The notes beneath the pieces were generated by a model. The model saw only the letters and a program-made list of their open reading frames with translations. It did not search any database and was not told the origin of the DNA. A stretch of DNA of 64,000 bases from a virus: positions 1-64,000 of IMG/VR virus record IMGVR_UViG_3300008113_000014, one strand, 5' to 3'. The translations under genes were made by a program, and so were the position numbers. Below, in pieces: positions 30,401-40,021 of the stretch. Position 1 is the first letter of the stretch. Every line of letters begins with the position of its first letter.

Positions 30401-33400
30401 AAGAGCGTCATGAGGGTGTGGATGTACGTAGCCACCGTCATGATAACCAATCATGTTTCCGCCACCGCCACCTAGTAGCCCGCCAAAAGCTGCAGATGCC
30501 CCAGAGCCAATTAATGGGGGAGTAATCTTATCAATACCCATTCCAGGACCACTAGACTTTCTTAGTTGCTCTGCTAGCTGATGCCAGTAATCAGAGAACT
30601 GACCTACCTTTCCACTAAATGGAAGTCCTGGTATCTCTACTCCGCCCCATGGATCTTTGCCAGCATTATTAAATATAGGCTTTCCATTTTTATCAAAGCC
30701 AATCGGAGAGCCCTGATATAGTCTTTCTAATTCTCCCCAGTATCTTCCATATGGACTTCCAGTAGGCTGGTTATTAGAGTCATAGCTTCTTGCTGGCTTT
30801 TTCCACCAAGGATGGACTGCTCCGCCCTTTGCAAACTTTCCAGCATTCAATGCATCCATTACTCCTGTGCCATACTTCTTTACAGAAGAAGCTTTGACAA
30901 CATACTCTCCATCTGAAAGCATTGCTGGAATAGAGTCAGATGTTGCAGTTCCTGGACCCTTTACTTTTCCACCAGGCTTGAAGTGCTTTATGTATCCACC
31001 TTCTGCTAATTTTTGTGGCTTACCCATTCTAATAAAGTCACCATTTTTTACAACTTTCCACTTATATGTAAGTCCATCTGCACCAATTGTACTAACAACA
31101 ATAAAGTCTGTAGCTTTCTTTAAACGATCAAGATCTGTTTGGATTTGACTTCTAACGTATTTTTCAAATTCATCTCTAGTTTTTCCTGTTACTTGTGATG
31201 TATCCCACCACTGTTTGCTATCATTCCATGCTACTTTTGGATCAAGGTCTGCAGCTGTGACAGGAATAGCTGCATCTGCAGTTGTTGCACCCGCAGGCCA
31301 TATCTTTGGTTTATTTTGTTCAACCCAAGCTTTTCTGCTTGCTGCACTTACATCTACTGGAACCGCAGTAGAAGAGTTTGTGCCTGATTGTGTTGTATCA
31401 AATGTTATAGAACCAATAGCTGCAACAATGCTTGCTGCGTTAGCAGCTGCATCTGCAGATGCATCATTAATAGCAGATACAACATCGTCAGACATTGCTT
31501 GAATTGCATCTATTTGGGCTTGCAGTGCATCAGATTTTGCTTGTAGGTCTGATATTGTTTTTTCTTTATTAAATTCTACTGTATTGTTTTGTTTTTCTTG
31601 TAAAAGGCTTGCAGCTTCAATATACTTTCCTCTAATTTTAGCTTCAAGAATTTGCTGATCAAGGTCTTGTTGTTTTTGTGTATACTCAGATTGTTTTTTT
31701 AACTCATCTGTTATTGCTTGTTCTTTCTTTATTTCATCATCAATAATTTTCTTTTTTGCTTTAAGAAGTTTAATTTGTTCTTTTGTAGATTTTACTTGAG
31801 CATCAGCTAACTCTTTGTATTTTTTTGTTACGCTTCCTGAATTTGTTTTTTCCCATATTTTTGGATCATTTAAAAAATCAAGGGCTGCCTTAGCTAAATC
31901 TTTTCCTTGTGTTGCTGGATTAATTTTTGCTTCAAACCCTTTTCCTACTGCAGCCATAATTAATCCTGTTTGCTCTAACGTTATTCCGTTTACTCTCTTT
32001 AGTGCTTGAATTGCTTGAGCTGCCTGCAAGTTTCCTACTTGAATGTATGCATAATATAGTGCACCCAAACCTTCTGCTGCAGAAAGACCAGATTGTGCAA
32101 CACCATCTAAAATAACATCTAGTTGCTGTAAAGATGATGCATTTGCTGCTGCAGCCATTACTTGCGTTAATGCTGTTCCTAATGTTAGAGAGCTTCCTGA
32201 TGCATCTTTTAGTGTTTGCACAACTGCTTCAGTTTGACTTTTTAAATTCATAAAATTAGATCCAACCATAGCAACCTTACCACTAGATGCTAAGATTAAA
32301 TCAAAAGTTTTTTGTGCTTGATCTGGTTTAATTTGACCCAGAGCAACTTGTGTTGTAACAAAAGCTTGGGCAATTTTATTAATTTTTTCTGGAGATGATT
32401 CTTCTGTTAAACCAGTTATAAGATCTCTTAAAGGATTTCCTTCTGGCAGCTGGCTAACCATTTCATTAAATCTAGCAAGCTCATCTGTTGTATATCCAAA
32501 TGCTTTGCCAATATTTTCTAAGCTACCGCCTACAATTCCAAGAGATACACCAAAGTTACTTATAGAAGTATCTACATTAACTATTTCATTACCAAAATAT
32601 GCAGCTATATCAGCACTAGATTTGAATGCTGCTTCTGTCATTGCTTTTTGAATTCTTTGTTTTTCAATTAATTCACTTATTGCAGATGATACAAGACCTA
32701 TTGCTGCACCAGCTGCAGCTCCCCAAGGACCAAATAGCATACCCATGCTTGCACCAGTCATTGTTGACTGTATTAGATTTTTACCAGCAAAATCAGGCGC
32801 TGCACTAAGAGCCATATTAGCACCCATAAGTCCTACGCTGCCTTGAACGCCACCGAACTTAGCTCCAACTTTTTTAATGTTTGCGTATTTTGCTTTTCTT
32901 GCACGCTGATTTTTTAGTTTCTTTTTTTCCTTCTCAGACATACCGACCATTGGAAGAAGGGTTGTTCCTGATGGCATGCTTGGTCCTATTGGAGCAGGGC
33001 CCTGTTCTCTTGTTGCAATGCGACGAGCCTTACCACTTTGAGTTGATTTTTCTTTTGTTTTATTTATTGCTTCTTCTTTTGCTGTTTGATATGCAATACC
33101 ATCTTCTTTACCGTGGGTAGCAGCCAATCGGTGGGGGCTTCCTCTGTCTAGGCTTGCCTCATAAGGATCTTTTGTTGATGCCTTAACTCCCTTTGTATAC
33201 TCTGTGCCATCTTTAGATCCACGTTTAAATAAAGATTTAATTCTACCTCTGTCGTCATAGTAGTCGTCTCTAACTGATGCATCTACAACAGCACTTTGAT
33301 TTCTTTTAACTCTTTTACCTGAAAGCCCCATAAATGATTTTCCTGAACCAAACACTGCAGCATCCGATGGAACTTGTTGCCCTGGTTTATAAGGAGTGCC

Positions 33401-36382
33401 GAATTGAACTTGGCCCTTTGCCATATCTCTTGGAACTGCATTAAGCTGTGTTCTATTAAATACATTAGTCTTTGTATTTTTTTCGTCATAGCCAGCAACT
33501 GCGCCCATTTCTTTTAGCAATGTTGCTTTGTATGCTGCCTCTTTTATTTTTCTTTTTTCTAAATCTGTTTTTGCTTCTTTTACAAGTTGTAGTGTTGCTT
33601 TTTCTGCTTCTGCAATTTTTTGTTTTGCCAAGGTAGATGCCTCTTCTGCAGACAAACCTTTTTGCATTAATGTATACTCTAATGCTTGAGTAGATTTCAT
33701 TTTTGTAAAATCTGCTTTTTTAGCTTCAACTTCTTGTTGAGACAGACCAACTAAGCTTTTTTCTAAATCTAGTTGTTCTTGAACTAATATTTTTGCTTGT
33801 TCTTTTTGCGCCCTAGTATTATCTGTTTCATTTTTAGATGGTTTATCAATATAGGCTTGAGCTTTTTTACTTGCTTCTTGCGCTTGTTCAAATGTTATTG
33901 GTTCTCCTGCAATGCCAGCGGAATTTAACATAAAGTTTCTATCAGCAGATGTTTTAGTTGTTGTTCCAGCAAATTCACCAGTTCCGATTGCTGTTACATC
34001 TTCAATATTATTTTCTAATAAGCTACTAGACAGACTTCTAAGAGATGTTTCAATAGTTCTACTTACTGTTACCATTCCATCGGCTGTTGTGGACAATCTT
34101 TGAATACTAACACCAACATCTGGCAAAACTGACAAAACTCTTTGCATTGTTGGGTCTGACAGTGTTGTAGTTAATTGTGCTGGAGTAAATCCCTCTATGT
34201 GGCTTGCTACTGTTTTGGCACCTGGCTTTCCAACAGAATACCCAGGAATATTGTCTGCAATCATTCCATTAATGAGTCCACCATACTTCTTGCTCATCTT
34301 TGTTGGAATTACTGTTTCTCCAGGCATGAGTAGTGATAGCTCTGTGTCTTTATTTCCTGTACCGCCAACTACTGCAGGCTTTCCATTTGCTCTCTTTGTA
34401 ACTGGTGCTCTTTTAAATGGAACCTTGGTTGGCATTAATTGTGCCTGTGCTGCAACTGCTCTGTAATATGCTCTTGTTAGTGCATCAACTGCTGAAGCTT
34501 CTACAGTAAAGGTTTGTGCAAGATTTTTGTGCACTTGATCAAGAGATGCTGCAACCGCTGCTGCATTTCTTTGCTCAAGAGTCATATACTTAACTTCAGT
34601 ACCTAGCGTTGCACTAGACTTACCAGCTTTATTAAAAATACTTTTTAGGAATGTAAAGCCTTTAATTATATTTGCTAAACCGTTTGCAAGCAAACCAAAT
34701 GTCATTAATAATACTGGACCAAGGCCTGCAACTATTGCTGTTAATGTAACAATAACCTTTTTTGTTCCATCTCCAAGATTATTAAACTTATCTAAAATTT
34801 TTGTAACAAACTCAGCAATTGGTGTTACTGCTTTTAAAAACTCTTCTCCTACTGGAACTAATGATAGCTTAAGATTTTCAATAGATGCTTTAAATTTGTT
34901 CATTGCAGACTCTGAAGTCATTCCTAATTCTTTTTCTGACAATGCTGCAAGTTCTTGAATTGATGATCCAGCTAGGTCAAGTACACGTGATGCCTGAGTT
35001 CCTTCTTTTGTTACGTTTGCAAATAAAGTAGATAGACGAGCAAACTGAAACTTACCAAACATTTGTTCAATTGCTTGTGCTCTATTTAGTGGATCAAGTT
35101 GATTTAATGCTGTTGCAAAGTCAATAACTGTTTTCTTTAAGTCACCCTTATTGTCTACAACAATCTTTTTTATATTAATACCAAGACTGTTAAGCATTGC
35201 TGCTGCTTTTCCAGTTGGGTTAATCATAGAAGCAAGACCAGACTTGAGTGCGTTAGCACCTTCTGATGCGTTTATTCCACCTTCCTTCATTGCAGTCATA
35301 AAGAATGCTAAATCCTTAACATCTCCGCCAAGCTGTTGAATAACTGGTGCTGCCTTTGGAATTGCAGTTGACATGTCATCAAGTGATAAAACAGTTTGGT
35401 TTTCTACTGCGTTAAGAAAGTCAATATTCGTTGCTAAATCTTGAGATGACATTGAGAATGCATTTTGCAATGCAATGGTAGTTTCAAGTGCCTTTTGGCT
35501 TTCAACTTGTCCTAAAACAGAAAGCTTGGTTGCTGCTGCTGTTTGTCTTTGAAGGTCAACTCCTTTAAAACCTGCTGCTGCAGCTTCTGCTGCTAAACCT
35601 ACTGTATCTTTTACTGCGATGCCATACTTTGTAAACTCTTTTCCAAGAGCCTTTATTTCTTCTAATGCTGCAGTACTTTCTGTCGTTGATGTAAATAGAT
35701 CACCATATACCTTTTTAAAACGTATTGCCTGAGTTTCCATATCCATAAATGTTTTAGCAGCTGCTGCTCCAACAGCCATTAATGGAATTGTAAAACCAAC
35801 CATAAGCTGACGGCCAGCCCATTGTGTATTTTTACCAAAGTTTAAAAGATTAGTTGATCCTTGCTTTAACAGCTGATTAAGAATTGCCTGCTTTTCAGCA
35901 GCAATCATTGTCTTTGTTGCAAGATCATTCATATCAAGAGATAGAGGTCTTACGGCAATTGCCTTCATTGCACCGCTAGCATCACGGCCCATCTTAATAT
36001 ATTGTGTTTGAAGGTCTTTTACATTTTCTCTTGCTACTTTGTTTATTGTATCAAACTCAGTTTTAAATAGTTTTCCAAAAGTTTTTGATGCCCCACCAGC
36101 ATATCTAAAATATTCTTTCATGGAGAACTTGTTTTTTTCTAAAGAGCTTGTAAAAGATTCTGTGGTTGTTTTGATTGTTCTCATTTGGGCAGAGAACTGG
36201 CCTGTAGCATTAATTGAGTTAATTAAGTTTTGCTGCATTTGGGCAGTGACTGCATTTGCTGCAGCACCGCCTTTTGCCATTGAGGTATGAAAGGCTGATA
36301 TCTGTCTTTGTAAGTTTTTGATACTGGCTAGTGCTTCAGTAGTATCAATACTTACTTTAATATTAGACTGAACATCAGCCAT
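27425..36382 (-). CDS. Tape measure protein with C-terminal cargo modules
   Basis: 2985 aa; Ala-rich helical TP901-type core (GINASEGANALKS, AIEQMFGK); follows tail chaperones; GPGTATSDSIPAMLSDGEYVV and LHKGERVL motifs. Confidence 0.93.
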   Translation of the reverse strand: MADVQSNIKVSIDTTEALASIKNLQRQISAFHTSMAKGGAAANAVTAQMQQNLINSINATGQFSAQMRTIKTTTESFTSSLEKNKFSMKEYFRYAGGASKTFGKLFKTEFDTINKVARENVKDLQTQYIKMGRDASGAMKAIAVRPLSLDMNDLATKTMIAAEKQAILNQLLKQGSTNLLNFGKNTQWAGRQLMVGFTIPLMAVGAAAAKTFMDMETQAIRFKKVYGDLFTSTTESTAALEEIKALGKEFTKYGIAVKDTVGLAAEAAAAGFKGVDLQRQTAAATKLSVLGQVESQKALETTIALQNAFSMSSQDLATNIDFLNAVENQTVLSLDDMSTAIPKAAPVIQQLGGDVKDLAFFMTAMKEGGINASEGANALKSGLASMINPTGKAAAMLNSLGINIKKIVVDNKGDLKKTVIDFATALNQLDPLNRAQAIEQMFGKFQFARLSTLFANVTKEGTQASRVLDLAGSSIQELAALSEKELGMTSESAMNKFKASIENLKLSLVPVGEEFLKAVTPIAEFVTKILDKFNNLGDGTKKVIVTLTAIVAGLGPVLLMTFGLLANGLANIIKGFTFLKSIFNKAGKSSATLGTEVKYMTLEQRNAAAVAASLDQVHKNLAQTFTVEASAVDALTRAYYRAVAAQAQLMPTKVPFKRAPVTKRANGKPAVVGGTGNKDTELSLLMPGETVIPTKMSKKYGGLINGMIADNIPGYSVGKPGAKTVASHIEGFTPAQLTTTLSDPTMQRVLSVLPDVGVSIQRLSTTADGMVTVSRTIETSLRSLSSSLLENNIEDVTAIGTGEFAGTTTKTSADRNFMLNSAGIAGEPITFEQAQEASKKAQAYIDKPSKNETDNTRAQKEQAKILVQEQLDLEKSLVGLSQQEVEAKKADFTKMKSTQALEYTLMQKGLSAEEASTLAKQKIAEAEKATLQLVKEAKTDLEKRKIKEAAYKATLLKEMGAVAGYDEKNTKTNVFNRTQLNAVPRDMAKGQVQFGTPYKPGQQVPSDAAVFGSGKSFMGLSGKRVKRNQSAVVDASVRDDYYDDRGRIKSLFKRGSKDGTEYTKGVKASTKDPYEASLDRGSPHRLAATHGKEDGIAYQTAKEEAINKTKEKSTQSGKARRIATREQGPAPIGPSMPSGTTLLPMVGMSEKEKKKLKNQRARKAKYANIKKVGAKFGGVQGSVGLMGANMALSAAPDFAGKNLIQSTMTGASMGMLFGPWGAAAGAAIGLVSSAISELIEKQRIQKAMTEAAFKSSADIAAYFGNEIVNVDTSISNFGVSLGIVGGSLENIGKAFGYTTDELARFNEMVSQLPEGNPLRDLITGLTEESSPEKINKIAQAFVTTQVALGQIKPDQAQKTFDLILASSGKVAMVGSNFMNLKSQTEAVVQTLKDASGSSLTLGTALTQVMAAAANASSLQQLDVILDGVAQSGLSAAEGLGALYYAYIQVGNLQAAQAIQALKRVNGITLEQTGLIMAAVGKGFEAKINPATQGKDLAKAALDFLNDPKIWEKTNSGSVTKKYKELADAQVKSTKEQIKLLKAKKKIIDDEIKKEQAITDELKKQSEYTQKQQDLDQQILEAKIRGKYIEAASLLQEKQNNTVEFNKEKTISDLQAKSDALQAQIDAIQAMSDDVVSAINDASADAAANAASIVAAIGSITFDTTQSGTNSSTAVPVDVSAASRKAWVEQNKPKIWPAGATTADAAIPVTAADLDPKVAWNDSKQWWDTSQVTGKTRDEFEKYVRSQIQTDLDRLKKATDFIVVSTIGADGLTYKWKVVKNGDFIRMGKPQKLAEGGYIKHFKPGGKVKGPGTATSDSIPAMLSDGEYVVKASSVKKYGTGVMDALNAGKFAKGGAVHPWWKKPARSYDSNNQPTGSPYGRYWGELERLYQGSPIGFDKNGKPIFNNAGKDPWGGVEIPGLPFSGKVGQFSDYWHQLAEQLRKSSGPGMGIDKITPPLIGSGASAAFGGLLGGGGGNMIGYHDGGYVHPHPHDALTNTLIQAPPKGTTAYAKYAYEMARRGGAAKTAAKLTKPIKVSDGPAYSWLGSDGTIGYSRHDKYKYVDAGMGSASEVESQILGDLSKTAMRAKIIEMKGRFAEGGLASRPKYGKKQNWFQRYVSGFNSKNTPAAEMFGTAQLLRLITGQGKGGDALGASMLPLNFMGMGASRGLFLGMPRGIKALEEARASEQTMKAIDASIKNGIFKDLPITQLGKQLEATVGKSFPVRGIGGLYEGADGTKEFVKPVTDSLSGLSEIRSNVISRKVGLTTPIQDLIKIMDPSDAKAKRTLLALKSAYNPEFANPSGEFTQGEYITQLVASLWRGDKDLQKANLSGKNLVDSGTSGVYDVASGMRKLSTSMPSMQEQAAINLLGVKGGAKRWFAETTAPIAQSMTPAEYHDAIIKEINRQIPLVEEAIASFNLTDPDEIQSYANLIGRLRAGAAPGVDWSPFQPMAASVVPAPVKTPSAAALAKKAKELELRKRQSGHAVGFSDLSFKDQLDGYAKGGLIQKFGKGSPGGVGPVGHKHKTNLPQHAYDMMRGIIPSRSAPHDMGMKLFPTSGPSNTAPHDMAMRTGEQVPEWARDWDYWNPYLPKFTDNQKPESLPKFALNQLKTLVSGKIPPLSAFSVLKNVVQRFQSRETGAGFDTYVPESVSPDDGTSPASIRTPYYKAQRDSGYGKLRPVYLDVKDYTSEGKEDRKRNLSSIYMAANELTRLTGVPFRVIKPENREKILAKAAYSKYTGPKVIPIQFLDGDALREERGGGPANWWAMNSGTITMPRAKMSDTWMGLNPFSTAGGKDVAMHEIIHSFQGHLGESANCDMCNPSGKSSWLDRHLGDVQGSHSLNPFNIMNMYGFMGGTVSNPDIESIRKEMGYYQYKTDLTKEEIKAIERKIQIAKGSRFANGGLAKYKLPSYEVGSPYIPEDQIAQLHKGERVLTAQENKNFSSSGPVTNNITINGADKDPKQIAQEVMIQLERIQSKNNKTNLVGR

Positions 36383-36408
36383 TCAATACACCTCTTTATT
36401 TAGTTATA

Positions 36409-36732
36409 TTATTCTTCAGTATTAAAAATTGATGCTGCTTCAGAAAGTTTAATTCCTGATGCTGTTTCAACAATCTCATATACTGTAGGCAAGTCAATAT
36501 TATCCTCAAGCGCAGCAATGTCAGTTGCTAGCTCTGGCTTATATTGTTCCATTGCGATTAGTACACACTCCATTAGTAGATTGATTGATTTATCATTATC
36601 TTCTACTACTGCTGCAATACCCTCAAACTTTTTCATAAACTTTCGTAAAAGTGAAATCTTAAGCGGTCTTAAGGTTATCTCTGTACCATCAATTAATTTG
36701 ACTTTATGCGCTTCATGCACAGTTGTTGCCAT
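36409..36732 (-). CDS. Tail assembly chaperone (short form)
   Basis: Between major tail and tape measure genes; paralogous to the N-half of 36761..37477. Confidence 0.7.
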   Translation of the reverse strand: MATTVHEAHKVKLIDGTEITLRPLKISLLRKFMKKFEGIAAVVEDNDKSINLLMECVLIAMEQYKPELATDIAALEDNIDLPTVYEIVETASGIKLSEAASIFNTEE

Positions 36733-36759
36733 ATTGATCCCTCCCTTGGGTTTAGATTA

Positions 36760-36768
36760 ATTATACCA
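36760..36768 (-). promoter_or_regulatory. Extended -10 promoter TGGTATAAT
   Basis: Overlaps the stop codon of the long chaperone; precedes the short chaperone. Confidence 0.6.
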
Positions 36769-37477
36769 TGAGAGAGGGGTCTCTTGCGTCTTCATAATCA
36801 AGACCCATGCCAATTCCAAATCCTACTCTTTGAGCATTTTGTCCTTGCAGTGCTAATATGTCATTACTATCATTTGTTGCTCCACCGCTAAATACTCTAG
36901 CCTTTAAATCTTCCCATTCTTTTTGACCTTTTTCAGGTTCAGATCCGCCTTCTAAATCAATACCTTGAATTGATGCAAAGAATTTCTTTTCTTGATAGTC
37001 TAATTCTCTTTTACTTGCTATTATTGATAATAGTTCAGACAATGATATTGATGATTCTAGCTCACTGTAATCTTTCCATATACCCAGCAAAAATACCTCT
37101 GATTCAAGTTTTGCTAAATCAAAGTCTTCCCATGTTGGACCAGCCTCACTACTTTGGGCCTGAGTCTTTATGCTTTCTTCTGAATCTTCACCTATTTTTA
37201 TATTTGCAGCAACCTCTAAAATTTCATGTACTGTTGGTAAATCTATGTTATCTTCAAGATCTTCTAGGTTTTTAGATATTTGAGGATAGTATTGTTTCAT
37301 TGCAATTCTTGCACACTCTAATAAAACCATCATTGATTCATCGTCATTTTGTGCATACTTTATTTTATTAAATACATCCATAAACTCTCTAAGATACTTA
37401 ATCTTAAGAGGCATTATTTCTATTTCTGTACCGTCAAATAAATAGATGTTTTTTGTTTTATATATTGATGTTGCCAT
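36761..37477 (-). CDS. Tail assembly chaperone (long form)
   Basis: Same N-domain as 36409..36732 plus a C-terminal extension. Confidence 0.65.
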   Translation of the reverse strand: MATSIYKTKNIYLFDGTEIEIMPLKIKYLREFMDVFNKIKYAQNDDESMMVLLECARIAMKQYYPQISKNLEDLEDNIDLPTVHEILEVAANIKIGEDSEESIKTQAQSSEAGPTWEDFDLAKLESEVFLLGIWKDYSELESSISLSELLSIIASKRELDYQEKKFFASIQGIDLEGGSEPEKGQKEWEDLKARVFSGGATNDSNDILALQGQNAQRVGFGIGMGLDYEDARDPSLMV

Positions 37478-37495
37478 AGTCTACTAAGTCTACCA

Positions 37496-37532
37496 CAAAA
37501 ACAACAAAGCCCACCTCGTTATGAGATGGGCT
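37496..37532 (-). terminator. Intrinsic terminator after the major tail gene
   Basis: Minus strand AGCCCATCTC-ATAAC-GAGGTGGGCT followed by TTGTTGTTTT. Confidence 0.75.
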
Positions 37533-37554
37533 GAGCTGTATTATTAAGTTTTTA

Positions 37555-38196
37555 TTATGCTGGTGCAAATGTACGGTCAACGATCTTACCGTATGATCCA
37601 GAACTATCTTCTGGTAGTAGACGGAATGATACTTCAAACATTGAAGCCTCATCACGCTTTGCTGCTACTGTTACATTCTCAATTGAGAGTGCACGGTATG
37701 CTGTGTATACACGTTCTGTTACTGCAGCTGTTGCAGGGTTTCCAGTTCCTGGACCCACGGCAACGATACCACGCTCTAGTGCAACATCGCCAATGTCTCC
37801 TGCTGACATGTCTAAGACCTGTCCTGCAGATGTTGACTTTGTTCCTGATAGCTTTGATTCTGGTGATGCAAGTGCTAGTAGAAGATTTTCTAGAGTAGCT
37901 TCAGCAAAAGCAGTTGCAAGGCTAACCTGCATACCCTGCTTGTATAGCTTAGCAACGTCAAGAACCTGATCTACTTGAACTTCACCAAAATCTGGCTGGA
38001 ACTGTAGTTCAAGACCATTCATAGTGTAACCTACGTTTGTGTAGTCTACAGCATTTAGTGTTGATGTAAGTGTAGTCTTAAAAGACTCTGTTCCAACAAA
38101 CGGCTTTAGTGTTGATGGAGTTAGTGTTGTATCTGCAATAAAAAGTGCTGCTGCGCCAACGATGATGTTGTTGGACGTTCCACGACTATATGGCAT
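37555..38196 (-). CDS. Major tail (tube) protein
   Basis: NIIVGAA, VGYT..G.EL, AEATLENL; position after the neck genes. Confidence 0.85.
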   Translation of the reverse strand: MPYSRGTSNNIIVGAAALFIADTTLTPSTLKPFVGTESFKTTLTSTLNAVDYTNVGYTMNGLELQFQPDFGEVQVDQVLDVAKLYKQGMQVSLATAFAEATLENLLLALASPESKLSGTKSTSAGQVLDMSAGDIGDVALERGIVAVGPGTGNPATAAVTERVYTAYRALSIENVTVAAKRDEASMFEVSFRLLPEDSSGSYGKIVDRTFAPA

Positions 38197-38260
38197 ATTC
38201 TTACCTCTTTTCCTTTAAAGATAGATATTAAATTATACGGCGTTCTGTTTCCTCAAGTCA

Positions 38261-38269
38261 ATTATAACA
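38261..38269 (-). promoter_or_regulatory. Extended -10 promoter TGTTATAAT
   Basis: Upstream of the major tail gene. Confidence 0.6.
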
Positions 38270-38274
38270 GCGTT

Positions 38275-38904
38275 TTAAATGACTAATTTAGTAGCCAAGG
38301 TCTCTGGCTGCCAGGAGTGGGCTGTCAAATCAGGCATCTGGTGATAGTCAAAGTCAATAATGATCTTATTGCCACCATATGTACGGGCTGTACCAAAGTC
38401 TATAATATCTCTGGTCTCCTCAAGCTGGTATACCTTGAAATTATGGAAGTAGAACTGGTTATCTAAAACCTCTGTAGGGCTTACCCTAATCTGACGGTTA
38501 CTACACCAGTTGTTGATTTCTTCTGCTGTTTCATCAAAACGATCCATAAGCCTTAAAACTGACTCTTGAATCATTACCATTTTTTCTACTGGATTTTCTC
38601 CTGTAGCATAAAAATAATACAGCAACTGTTCGCACTTAATATGAGGAAAACCTTTTTTATTCATCTTGATTAGTCTATCCCATGTAGCAGCAACGCCTTG
38701 AGTGCTGCGACCAAAGAACTCTGTTAGATCATCTATTGTTGATGGTGTTGATGGAAAAAATGGAAGTGAAGCACCAAAGCTTTCATCTTCACCAAGCTGT
38801 GCTTTTAAAACCTCTGTAATTTTTTCTTGAAGGTATTTGTTTATCCACAAGACTGGAGTATTAATTACACCAGTCGTTCCTAGCCAAATTTCTCCATACG
38901 TCAT
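38275..38904 (-). CDS. Putative tail terminator/completion protein
   Basis: Synteny only. Confidence 0.5.
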   Translation of the reverse strand: MTYGEIWLGTTGVINTPVLWINKYLQEKITEVLKAQLGEDESFGASLPFFPSTPSTIDDLTEFFGRSTQGVAATWDRLIKMNKKGFPHIKCEQLLYYFYATGENPVEKMVMIQESVLRLMDRFDETAEEINNWCSNRQIRVSPTEVLDNQFYFHNFKVYQLEETRDIIDFGTARTYGGNKIIIDFDYHQMPDLTAHSWQPETLATKLVI

Positions 38905-39575
38905 TATTTAATCCCCGCATTCGCTATCCATCTATATCCTACCTGAACACCCTTTGATCTACCAGAAAGCTTTCCTGATCTTAGATTTCTTGAGTATACA
39001 ACTGGGTTAGATAGGTATGCTTGTACACCACTTATCCTTAAGAATGCTTGTGTAAAGTATCTATTAAAAAATGTATCAACTATATTTTGAAAAGATCCTT
39101 CAACCTGATTTCCACCAGGATTTACTACTACAACCTTGCCTTTAGTGAAGACTGTATCTCCGCCATCTTCAAAAACCAAGACGCTTGCCTTCTTTGGTTT
39201 AATGGTTACTGGAGTTCCTTCTTCCATTATTTTAGCCTTATTATAAAAAGGTACTGACGAGCCATCTTTAATTGATGTTGATTGCTTCATGGTTGACACA
39301 AACGAAAGGCCAAGGTTGCTTATTGTGTAGTTTATATCGTATAGACGTGCATCAGGACTTCCCACTTTATACCATTCATATATATGGTGTAGTGCTTTTG
39401 GATTTACCCTGGCATTTGAGTCTATATATTCTTTCAATATTTCAGATGTTAGTTTACCCATGTTATTTAAAAACTTTGTTTTTCCTGCTTGTGCGCCCTC
39501 TAAAAATCCAACAGAGTAGTCAATTATATTTTTCATTTCTTTTTTAAACATCTTATCATTCATTATAACTCTCAT
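38904..39575 (-). CDS. Putative neck / tail completion protein
   Basis: Synteny; KAKIMEEGT motif resembling HK97 gp10-like proteins. Confidence 0.5.
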   Translation of the reverse strand: MRVIMNDKMFKKEMKNIIDYSVGFLEGAQAGKTKFLNNMGKLTSEILKEYIDSNARVNPKALHHIYEWYKVGSPDARLYDINYTISNLGLSFVSTMKQSTSIKDGSSVPFYNKAKIMEEGTPVTIKPKKASVLVFEDGGDTVFTKGKVVVVNPGGNQVEGSFQNIVDTFFNRYFTQAFLRISGVQAYLSNPVVYSRNLRSGKLSGRSKGVQVGYRWIANAGIK

Positions 39576-40021
39576 TATAAATCACTTGCCTGATTCTCTG
39601 ATCGTCTTAATACTACCTTATGATATTCAACTGTACCAAATGGACCAACAATAGCTTCTGTTGTAGCAATTTCATAGATAGTGGATTTGCCATCTCTTGG
39701 TCCAGATGTCTCTATATAGATGGAATCTTCTTGGGTTGTTCTTATATTTGTAATAAGCACATTTGTTACTGCATTTCTTGAGTTACCCTTGCCAAACCTT
39801 AAGTCTGACCTTACTCTCCCAATTAAAATATTTTCTTTGGTAATGTTTACATTAGGCTTAACTTCTTCTTTGCCAACTATGCCAACTGGACCAAAATTAC
39901 AAGCTACAGATCTATCAAGAATCCATTGCTTTTTTAAGTTTCCGTAAACACCTTGCTCAACAACTGGATAGTAAACATCTGCAAGTAATGGATATATAAA
40001 GTCTGTTGATTCGCATAGCAT
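39575..40021 (-). CDS. Putative head closure protein
   Basis: Synteny, size, beta-rich sequence. Confidence 0.55.
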   Translation of the reverse strand: MLCESTDFIYPLLADVYYPVVEQGVYGNLKKQWILDRSVACNFGPVGIVGKEEVKPNVNITKENILIGRVRSDLRFGKGNSRNAVTNVLITNIRTTQEDSIYIETSGPRDGKSTIYEIATTEAIVGPFGTVEYHKVVLRRSENQASDL

